A DNA stretch of 64,000 nucleotides from NCBI RefSeq assembly GCF_006345805.1, contig NC_043018.1, forward strand, positions 3,100,001-3,164,000, given 5' to 3'. Origin of the DNA: Octopus sinensis (taxonomy: Eukaryota). A model generated the notes under the pieces. It worked only from the letters and a program-made list of their open reading frames with translations. It was not told where the DNA came from and did no database searches. This document shows positions 52,726 to 64,000 of the stretch, piece after piece. Numbering within the stretch: the first letter of the stretch is position 1; each line of letters begins with the position of its first letter. The translations under genes and the position numbers were made by a program.

Positions 52726-52958
52726 ATTCCTTTACTACCCACAAGGAGTTAAACACAGAGGGGGGCAAACAAGAACAGACAAACGGATTAAGTCGATTAC
52801 ATCGACCCCAGTGCGTAACTGGTACTTAATTTATCGACCCCGAAAGCATGAAAGGCAAAGTCGACCTCGGCGGAATTTGAACTCAGAACGTAGCGGTAGA
52901 CGAAATACGGCTAAGCATTTCGCCCAGCGTGCTAACGTTTTTGCCAGCTCGCCGCCTT
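52726..52958 (-). mobile_element. SINE family A (tail A)
   Basis: Homology to 27288-27518. Confidence 0.88.
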
Positions 52959-53474
52959 CTTCATGTAGGTTTATATTAACTCTTCTCGTCGCCAGGTTTT
53001 ATTTCAAGGGTTTACGATGCATTAAGTATGTATGTGACTAATCCCTAATTTGCGTATCCCAGATCACGTAAACTCTAAGGGATTGGTAAATGTATGAACG
53101 GCTTACACTTCAGGACATTGTAAGATATTTCTCAGTAGCTGCTTGTTCACAATGGTTCCCATAACAGTCCAAGATCAAGGGCCCCAAATCTTCAGATCAC
53201 CCACTCGTATTGGCCAAGTCCCTTCCACTGACTGTTTTTGATAATGATTGTTAATAGTATTCTTTGAATAAATTTATATTTCAGGTGTTTACATAAATTC
53301 AAACCCCTGTGGCATACGGTCTGGTTAATGTGGCGATTATTGAACGCCACATCTTCACCCAAGCAGCTTGACCAACTTTAACATAGGTCGTTATATCATG
53401 AAGAAAAACAACTGGAAATACATTTTTTTACCTAATCTTTAAACACCATACACGTGGATACTTGTGTAGTCATT

Positions 53475-53722
53475 GGCTCTCCGTCAGCTACGACGATGAG
53501 GTGTCCAGCTGGTCTGATCAACAGAACAGCCTGCTCGTGAAATTAACGTACAAGTGGCTGAGCACTCCACAGACACGTGTACCCTTAACGTAGTTCTCAT
53601 GAATATTCAGCGTGACACAGAATTTGACATGGCCGGCCCTTTGAATTACGGGTACAACTCGTTTTTGTCAGCGGGATGGATTGGATCAACGTGAAATAAA
53701 GTGTCTTGCTCAAGAGCAATGC
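53475..53722 (-). mobile_element. SINE family C (short-core variant), 5'-truncated
   Basis: GCCTGCTCGTGAAATTAACG..GTACCCTTAACGTAGTTCTC..GTGTCTTGCTCAAG. Confidence 0.78.
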
Positions 53723-53734
53723 TGTCAGAAAAAG

Positions 53735-53860
53735 AAGACAAGTAGGAGGTTCGCTATGCGATGAAGTTTTGTGTTAAACCGGGTAAAAACTCTACAGAAT
53801 ATTATGTTCTGCTGTAGAGGGTTTATGGATTAACTTGATTTTTGTTGGCGCAAGAGGCCA
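53735..53860 (+). pseudogene. Mariner transposase N-terminal (HTH) fragment
   Basis: VRYAMKFCVKPGKNSTEYY resembles QRYAIKFCVKLGKNATET. Confidence 0.55.
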
Positions 53861-55010
53861 CGCAACGTAAGACTATTGGAAAGCTCACGACTGTCCACTT
53901 TTTCAATAGCAAAGGTATCGTCTGCATCTGCTACTTTCACCTTGGCTAGATGGTCAACAAAATGTATATTGTGGACGTTTAGAGATAGTCCAGGGAGAAA
54001 TTATGTTGCAAAAGATCAGAGCTCTTGCATTCAAGTCGATGGTACCCGCACTAAGACGATGCATTACATATGACATAAATGGGGATCGAAACACTCCCTC
54101 AGCCATAACCTTGTGACTTTTGGTTGTTTCGTTAGCAAAATGAAGATATGAAAGTGTCTGTGAGTAGTGTTCAGGACACCTTCGCTTTTGAGGACTTTCA
54201 TGTGGCCTTCCCGAAGAGGCTGGAGCTCCATAACATTCGGATTAGAATTAAGGGCCCTACTCAGAAGGAAATAGGTATTTAATATTTCTTTCAAATTAAT
54301 AAATGTCTCAAAACATCTGGAATGCATCACGTACAAGTGTATGTGATAGTGTATGTGTGATTGTGTGTTTGATTGTGTGTGTGTTATATCATATACGTCT
54401 GGGTGCGTGTCCATTTTTCAACGAGGTACTTCGTAACAACCCCCTGTTATATAAATGTGTTTACCATTCATCTATGAAGCTATCCGATAATTGAATGATG
54501 AATCACTTATCTATTTTATCTTACTTAAGTCGTTGAGTCTTTAATTAATTCTATAATTCTATCCTGTCAATCAGTATGTCCAACTTAAATATAACAATGG
54601 CTTTCCGATTCTATATTGATTTAGCAGATGTCTTGCCGAAGGAACACACTTTGTACTGCGTGAACGTATATTATGTCGTGTCACTGATTATCTGGACGCA
54701 TAGACGGGTTAAATTATCAAATATCTTAGTTTCCCTCATCTAAGTTATTTACCACCACTATTCACTATTCACTACATAGTACAACATCAGCAATGATATT
54801 ATTTAAATGCAGGAGTACTTCCCTCTAAATGCTATGATATTTCAGTTGAAGTTAGCTCTATGAATATGGAGAATGAAGCACAGATTGACCTGCTCTACAG
54901 GCTACCGCTTACATCAAGCAGATTTAGTCACCTCCTTCACAATACATACATACATCACACAGACAGATAAACAGATAGAGAGAGAGAAGAGAGAGAGAGA
55001 GAGAAATATG

Positions 55011-55118
<108 letters not shown>

Positions 55119-55141
55119 GTGTGTGTGTGTATACATGAATA

Positions 55142-55330
55142 TACAGGGTTTGCTGAAAAGTTCCAGTCTTTGGGGAAAAGAAAATACCGGCGGATCACTT
55201 ATGATTTTGTGCAGCATCGTCCTCTCTCAGAGTCACACACTTATGGCAGCGGTTTTCAGTTTTTCTAAGCCCTATAAAAGAACTCAGAAGTTGGGGCCTC
55301 CAACAACCAGGCCTTTCGTGAATCCCTTAA
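55142..55330 (-). mobile_element. Mariner 3'-end fragment with TIR
   Basis: TACAGGGTTTGCTGAAAAGTTCC TIR-like end; minus strand encodes a RCHKCVTLR-like C-terminus. Confidence 0.55.
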
Positions 55331-55479
55331 AGTGGGGATCCCCTCGTATATGTATATATATTTATATATGTGTGTGTGTGTGGTGTGTGTGTGTGTGTGT
55401 GTGTGCGTGTGCGCGTGTGTGTATGTGTTGTATTTTTTAATTATTATCAATCTTCCAGTGAGGAGGGAGCCGGTTTCCA

Positions 55480-56250
55480 ACAAAGATAAATGAACGAATC
55501 AGCCGGTCGACTTCTCTCTCCGAAAATCCCATTTTTTTCCAGATTCTCCTTTAAGAATTTACTAAGAAAACCTAGTGCTCCAATTATTATAGGTATGAAT
55601 ATGAATTCATAGTCTAGATATAGAAGCTGGAGGTTTCGAAGCAATTGTCCATAGATATCCTCTTTTTCTTTGATTATCAACGGGATATTTATATCTACAG
55701 GTCAGCTAACCTCTATGATGTGACATATATTTGCCCCTCTTTCACAAACGACAATATCCGTCCTGTTATGTTTACAGAAGTTTGGATGGGAATATCCCAC
55801 CAATATTCCTCGAGTTGGAGTTTATAAATGTGACTACATTTTAGGATAGCTGCTAATCACATGCGCAATGTCTTCCACAGAAACATGATATAGCCTACAT
55901 ATGTGGTTACACCTTGAGATTACTAGTTCACCAGGTATTTTGTGGCAATATCCTATTCCTGGATTGCAAGTGCACAGCCTTCAAAGTGTGATGTGATGCA
56001 GAGGTTTTGTGTCCAAGAGATGCTGCGCTTCGTGTCAATTCTGCTGTCTTCTTGAAGCTTCCGGGCAACATACCCATGTATAGTCTCTCTTTTTTTTTGT
56101 ATGCTGAGTGCTTTCCACCCATGTCTTCTCTGAAGTAAGAGCGCCTAGCTGTTTCGGAGCTGTATAGATCATCAAGGAGAGAGTGTTTCTTGAGGAGTTC
56201 ATTGCCAACTCCTACAATGTTGCTCACATCACTTTTCAGCACTGCATTAA
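55480..56250 (-). pseudogene. R4/Dong-clade LINE 3' fragment with CCHC and PD-(D/E)xK endonuclease
   Basis: TSHFEGCALAIQE*DIATKYL; ICRLYHVSVEDIAHVISSYP; EYWWDIPIQT; NRTDIVV..C.IIEVS; EKEDIYGQLLRNLQLLYLDY..IPIIIGALG. Confidence 0.82.
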
Positions 56251-57749
56251 TATATTTAGTTTTGCTTCTGTTATATAGAAACGCTAGGTAAAAGTACAGA
56301 CCATCACTTTTTTATGTGTCACATATAACAGTCGACTGCAAACCTTATCGTACGGAATCGTACTCGAATGATATAAGCTATGGCAATTTTCATTTTAAAC
56401 CTAAAATATTTGTTTACCAATATACCTACATAAATACCCATGAATATATACACCGCATTCTCTCTCTCTCCCCTCTCTCTCTCTCTCTCTCCCTCTTTAA
56501 CTATATATATATATATGTGTGTGAGTCTTTGTGAGTGTGTGTCTAAATATATATATGTGTGTGCATTTGCTTGTAACTTTGTGAGTGATTGTGTACAAAT
56601 CACAAGAGATAACACTATCGGACCCCGTTGTTTCCGTTCAAAAGTTTCCACTCCACTGTGCATATATACAGTTTACAAAAAAAAAAACAGAGAGGCATAA
56701 AACAAAAATATAAACTTGCTAAATGGTGTCAGCTGTATAAATTACTTAAAAGTAATTTCTTTCCAATGTGTTATATATATATATTATATATATATATTAT
56801 ATATATATATATATATTATATATATATATATATATGTATATTTGTATGTATATATATTAACCGAGAAACCTATCGAACGGAAATGTGGTCGGATAATATT
56901 AGCCATGTTTACTGTCCGAGTAAATAATGATATATCAGAATCTACATAGTTCTGACACAAGATTACATTGAGGGCTTTATGTTATTGCACCACAAAATAA
57001 ATACCCGCCATATACAGCAATAAATCTATAGCATAAAACAAACACTGACCGCAAAAAAAAATAAACACCAGAAATACAAACCAGATTGACATACAGCAAG
57101 CCATAGATCAATAGAAAAACCAAATTCAACATAGAAAAGATATTAGAAAAAAAATACTTCAATAAAACACAAGTACATGTAATGAAGTAAAAGCCAAAAG
57201 AAAAAATATTATAGATTAGTGAAAACGTTGTCAAAAATCCTATTAAACTGAATGGAAAATGTATTACACGCAATCATATGTAGTACAAAACAGTACAATT
57301 GTGTGTTATTTTTATTATTTTCTTAAATTTCTAGATTGAACAAACCAGCATTAGAACTGTGAACATAGGATATACACAGCGATGTGGTTTAGAAGTTTGA
57401 TTATTTGATTTCAGTGTGGAGAGTGTATACATAACAAGAATATAAATGTTTGAATGGGTATTAGAGAATGAGGCTATATTGTCGAATCATTATGCATTTA
57501 TAACAAGAAACAATTACAAAGTAGGACATCACATGACGTAAACGAAAAGCGGATATGGAGAAAAAACACGAAGACCTGATCACAGCATTCTCATACATTT
57601 TACTGTATTTGTCCACACCTAACACAAATCTAGATTAGTAAATATCGACAGTCGAAACAATGCGATCAACACGTGTTTATCGGGAAAATATTAATATGTA
57701 TTTGAATATATGTGTACGGTTGTATGTGTATGTGTGTATGTGTAAGAGT

Positions 57750-57810
<61 letters not shown>

Positions 57811-59269
57811 TGTGTATAGTTTTATCTGCTTCGAGATCTACCTTTCCAAACAAAAGCATTATTTCACATCATCTGAATTCATTAATTCTTATGACGTCAA
57901 CAACATAGAATTATCACTTGTAAGAATAAAGTTTCTAGAATGGATAGAGATTTTCAAGCGCTTTCTGTGGCCCAGTGGTTTAAAATCATTGTGTTTACAT
58001 AAGATGTGGGTTTCAAGTCCCACGCGCAGCCATCGAATTTTTCATTCCAAAAGTCTTTTCAACTCAATTCAATTTATCTGCTTCGACAACCCACCAAATA
58101 ATTCCAGAAAGGAATTATTTCATGTTCTCTCCAAGTTTATTTACTCTTACGACCTCAAATATGTATGTGTATGTATGTGTGTGTACACGTATGTAACTAT
58201 ATGTACGTGTATGAACCCAGTTCTACAGAAATAGAATGTTATAATGAGGGCTCACATGAACTCAAATATAAAAATATGATGTTTCGAATAGCCATGTTGT
58301 TGCCTGGAAAATTATATATCGCACAAGCTCTGGAAGTTTGTATTGTATCAAGAATCTATCGCGGATACGTACTAGTCATCTTTCATTTAAAAAAAAGCTA
58401 TTTTTCAAACGATTAGCGTCCATTCCCTTTCAACCCAAAGCAAGTGAATCACATAACCCGATTATATCAAAGCAAGTGAATCACATAACCCGATTATATC
58501 ACTAAACAATTCGAAATCACTAGGTATTATCTACTTATAATAAATCCATATCGACCATACTTTGGACTACTAATATAAATAAAATTGAACGTGCCCTTGG
58601 CCTACTGTTGATACAAGAGGTGATTAAGGATTTCTAAATAGGGGGATATAATTGCTGTTGTTTGTAATTAAGGATATGAAATTCGAAATCTGTAATTGCA
58701 AATGTATAATTAGCATACCGTCATGCATTTGCATATTTTTTAATTGCTCGGTATACGTTAAGAAACTTTGTAATAAGGGAACCGGTAATTAGAAATGTAA
58801 AATTAAGGAAATATAATTAGGAAAACATCATTAGGTTCATCAACTACAAGATTTACGTAGGAACATATATCGAGTAAAAACGGTTAATAGGATTACGTGT
58901 ATGTGTGATTAGCGAGTTTCGAATTAGAAATAGCTAATTAAGATTAATAAATTAAGAATATGCAAATTTAGGGATGTGCATAATAACGAAACTTCTGAAG
59001 CACTCCCCCATCTCTCTCCCTCATACACATATATACATATATGTATACACACACACACAAACACACGCATACACAAACACACACACTCACACAAAGACAC
59101 ACAAACACACACTCACGTACACACACAAACACGCACACACTCACACACAAACACACACACACACACACACAATCACACACACATGCATACACAAACACAC
59201 ACACACTCACACATACACACTCACAAACATACATATATTTTGTGTACGCAATGGAAATAGGATTAAATT

Positions 59270-59390
59270 AGACTCATCCTTTCATCCTTTCGATGTCGAT
59301 AACTAAAGTACCAGTGAGACACTGGGGTCAGTGTAATCGACTAGTCCCCTCCCCACAAATGTCAGCCCTTTCACCTTTAGTAGAAAATAT
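59270..59390 (+). mobile_element. SINE family A, tail B, 3' fragment
   Basis: TTTCATCCTTTCG..GTCGATAA..AAGTACCAG..ACTGGGGTC..TAATCGACTAGTCCCCTCCCC. Confidence 0.7.
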
Positions 59391-59418
59391 ATTAACAACT
59401 TTTACAATTTACTGTATC

Positions 59419-59585
59419 AGGCGCAGGAGTGGCTGCTTGGTAAGTAGCTTGCTTACCAACCACATGGTAACGGGTTCAGTCCCACTGCGTGGCATCTTGG
59501 GCAAGTGTCTTCTACTATAGCTTCGGGCCGACCAATGCCTTGTGAGTGGATTTGGTAGACAGAAACTGAAAGAAGCCGGTCGTAT
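59419..59585 (+). mobile_element. SINE family B (CORE-like), 5' part
   Basis: Highly similar to 10704-10860. Confidence 0.85.
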
Positions 59586-59593
59586 ATATATAT

Positions 59594-59653
<60 letters not shown>

Positions 59654-59658
59654 CGTGT

Positions 59659-59733
<75 letters not shown>

Positions 59734-60084
59734 TGTGTGTTTGTGTGTGTGAGTGTGTGTGTGTTTGTGTATGCGTGTGTTTGAACACAATATTGTCGCG
59801 GCGCCGACTCGTGTCCTTGTTACGATGCTTAAACGAAAATCGTACATCGCTACATAGGAAACGGTGAATGAAAGTTCCCCTGCTGTTGCCGACGCTTGTC
59901 AAGCTGTAGGAAAACTCGATGTGGGCAGTCAAAAGAGCAGTAAAAGAAAAAAAAATATGATACTAAATGTATACACGTCATTGGAAAATATGAGAGTGTG
60001 GGAGGGTTTGACTTATAATTTTAGATTTGTGTGAAAGAACTGGCTTGGTGCATCAATTTAAGTATCTAATTCAACTGAATCTTT

Positions 60085-60638
60085 ATTATTATTATTGAGT
60101 GAGAGAGCAGTGCATGCCATCAAAGTGACACTGGGGTAAAATATACAAAGCCCAATATACCCATCATGACTACCCGTCTGATAAGGGTACACCAGGCACA
60201 TGCATCACAACCATATGTGCGCGACATGGTGATCTCATATCAAGATAAACAGCACATGACCTTGCAGGTGGGGCCCAGTTAGAATTTTCTTCAGGTTGAG
60301 TAGCCCATCCCGCTCAAACGGTTGTTTAAGGATGTTGAACGAAACACCCATGTTTCCAGAGGTGAATTATTCAAGCCCCAAAGAATCCCTCTCAACACAT
60401 GGCTATGATGCTCCCCCACTACTTCTGCTCGTGATCAGAGATGCACGTATTATCAGCCACTAAGGGACATGCTCAACTGGTTAAGGTCAAACACTGACAA
60501 GCAAATCTGTGGTATTGAGCAGAATATTGCTGTGTAGCCCATCTTTTATACCAAGTCAAAACAATGTACATGATAACACTTCCAATCAGTTAAGATCAGA
60601 AGCCATGAGAGCCTCTGCCTGGTACTGCATCAAGGCAT

Positions 60639-60640
<2 letters not shown>
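60085..60640 (-). mobile_element. Non-coding retroposon-like element embedded in (TAA)n
   Basis: ~550-bp complex sequence; the minus-strand 3' end reads CTCTCACTCAATAATAATAAT and the other end abuts a long (TTA)n tract. Confidence 0.55.
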
Positions 60641-61405
<765 letters not shown>

Positions 61406-61434
61406 TATCATATATATATATATAACATATGGTA

Positions 61435-61466
<32 letters not shown>

Positions 61467-61931
61467 ACATATGGTATATTATTACACTAGGCAAATTTTA
61501 GCCATTTCTCCGCAGACTGAAAATAAAATAATAAACAGCCTTAGTCGATTTTTGTATTTTATTGAGTTCTCATTGGAGGCGCCAACATCATTCTGACAGT
61601 CTACAGGGAAATAAGCAGAAGCAGCCAAACTGATTACATACTCGACAAATGCAGCAGTTACTCTATGAAGGGGTCCCTAATTTGCATACCAAAAGTGTTT
61701 AACACTATAAATAACAGCGGCTCTTCGTGCTCACAGTATCAAGGTATGATATAATAAATATGAAACGTATGGCATGATTATAAACAGGACAACTTTTAGC
61801 TATTTCTCCGCAGACTGAAAAAAATGACGGATAAACTTAATCGATTTTCGAACCTTAAAGGCTTCTCTTCTTAGGCGTCCATATCAATCTGACAATATAC
61901 ATACACGCACATATATATAAAAATATACGCA

Positions 61932-61986
<55 letters not shown>

Positions 61987-62000
61987 ACTATATATATATA

Positions 62001-63718
62001 TTATTCGTTGTATTTCACTTTCCTTCCGTTAAATGTATGTTGATTCTAGTTGGAAACAGATCTTCTGTGGTTGCTTCGGAGCTATTTTTAGCACTAGAGT
62101 TATCCACATAGTGGATAACTCTCTAATAATTTATATATAAATTTGTATTTTCTCCGTAGTTTTTCGTGCTAAGCCACTTGGTGTTAAATTAATGGTATTA
62201 TTAAATTAATATCGATTTTTCACCCTCATTTATAATTTTATAAATTTAACTACGCGGCAGTCAATATTTTATTTGATGCGGCATACGTTTCCAATGGAGT
62301 CTAGGCATGCTTTTGGCGCGGAATTTGAGACATAACTAAAAATGTAATTGGTTGGACCGCTCGTGTTTTTGACGCTCGAATCGATCTAATTAATTGCATT
62401 TCTGACAAACTCTACCGAAGATTTATAGATGTAAGTGTAAGTAAAACTACATATTACATTAGTAATGAAACAATTGTATAGAGTCAATCTATTTTATTCG
62501 TTGTATTTCACTTTCCTTCCGTTAAATGTATGTTGATTCTAGTTGGAAACAGATCTTCTGAGGTTGCTTCGGAGCTATTTTTAGCACTAGAGTTATCCAC
62601 ATAGTGGATAACTCTCTAATAATTTATGTATAAATTTGTATTTTTCCGTAGTTTTTTGTGCTAAGCCACTTGGTGTTAAATTAATGGTATTATTAAATTA
62701 ATATCGATTTTTCACCCTCATTTATAATTTTTTTATAAATTTAACTACGCGGCAGTCAATATTTTATTTGATGCGGCATACGTTTCCAATGGAGTCTAGG
62801 CATGCTTTTGGCGCGGAATTTGAGACATAACTAAAAATGTAATTGGTTGGACCGCTCGTGTTTTTGACGCTCGAATCGATCAATTAATTGCATTTCTGAC
62901 AAACTCTACCGAAGATTTATAGATGTAAGTGTAAGTAAAACTACATATTACATTAGTAATGAAACAATTGTATAGAGTCAATCTATTTTATTCGTTGTAT
63001 TCACTTTCCTTCCGTTAAATGTATGTTGATTTATAGTTGGAAACAGATCCTCTGTGGTTGCTTCGGAGCTATTTTTAGCACTAGAGTTATCCACATAGTG
63101 GATAACTCTCTAATAATTTATGTATAAATTTGTATTTTCTCCGTAGTTTTTTGTGCTAAGCCATTGGTGTTAAATTAATGGTATTATTAAATTAATATCG
63201 ATTTTTCACCCTCATTTATAATTTTATAAATTTAACTACGCGCAGTCAATATTTTATTTGATGCGGCATACGTTTCCAATGGAGTCTAGGCATGCTTTTG
63301 GCGCGGAATTTGAGACATAACTAAAAATGTAATTGGTTGGACCGCTCGTGTTTTTGACGCTCGAATCGATCTAATTAATTGAATTTCTGACAAACTCTAC
63401 CGAAGATTTATAGATGTAAGTGTAAGTAAAACTACATATTACATAGTAATGATGAAACAATTGTATAGAGTCAATCTATTTTATTCGTTGTATTTCACTT
63501 TCCTTCCGTTAAATGATAGTTGATTCTAGTTGGAAACAGATCTTCTGTGGTTGCTTCGGAGCTATTTTTAGCACTAGAGTTATCCACATAGTGGATAATC
63601 TCTAATAATTTATGTATAAATTTGTATTTTCTCCGTAGTTTTTTGTGCTAAGCCACTTGTGTTAAATTAATGGTATTATTAAATTAATATCGATTTTTCA
63701 CCTCATTTATAATTTTAT
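62001..63718. repeat. Tandem array of ~3.5 copies of a 493-494-bp unit
   Basis: TTATTCGTTG unit starts at 62001, 62494, 62988 and 63481; units nearly identical; flanked by (TA)n on both sides. Confidence 0.96.
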
Positions 63719-63889
63719 ATAATATAAATATATATATATATATATATTCTTTTATTTATTATTTATATACCGGAGTAACCATAAATGCGAAACAAGGTGT
63801 GAAATATAGTACTCGAATATCAGAGTTAGAATAATATGCTTATTGGCTAAACTGGCAAAATGACCATTCCGAAATATAACAATATATAT

Positions 63890-63951
<62 letters not shown>

Positions 63952-64000
63952 GTATGTATGTATGTATGTATAGTATGCTTTATTAAAAAGCAGCATAATA

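Noticed and set aside
53870-54300. Possible minus-strand mariner catalytic remnant (LLQHN.., KWTVVSFP)
   Set aside because: Too decayed and frameshifted to support by eye.
62100-62120. Exact bacterial DnaA box TTATCCACA in each 493-bp unit
   Set aside because: It is part of the hairpin, in a eukaryotic microsatellite context with no bacterial ORFs; a chance 9-mer multiplied by tandem duplication.
62001-63718. Possible CRISPR array or hammerhead-bearing satellite
   Set aside because: Whole units repeat with no unique spacers, and I could not fold a CUGANGA/GAAA hammerhead on either strand.

Overview
AT-rich, repeat-saturated animal genomic DNA, intronic or intergenic. Its tRNA-derived SINE families and dense (TA)n/(CA)n/(ATGT)n/(AAT)n microsatellites point to an octopus/coleoid cephalopod (inference). 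I found no convincing host protein-coding exon; nearly all listed ORFs are translated microsatellites. Recognisable coding remnants are all transposon relics: a Penelope-like element (PLE) GIY-YIG endonuclease and a PLE RT fragment, RTE-type LINE 3' ends, two R4/Dong-type LINE fragments with CCHC and restriction-like endonuclease domains, one full-length decayed mariner plus fragments, and a decayed LINE ORF1-like region. More than 20 SINE copies, several MITEs, a six-copy SINE array and a 493-bp tandem array are also present. The most striking signal is a set of type I hammerhead-ribozyme folds in PLE-associated repeats. Two of these loci (2860-3050 and 23300-23502) are head-to-head palindromes placing one hammerhead on each strand. 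All ribozyme calls are from manual folding, several have core deviations, and none is shown to be active.
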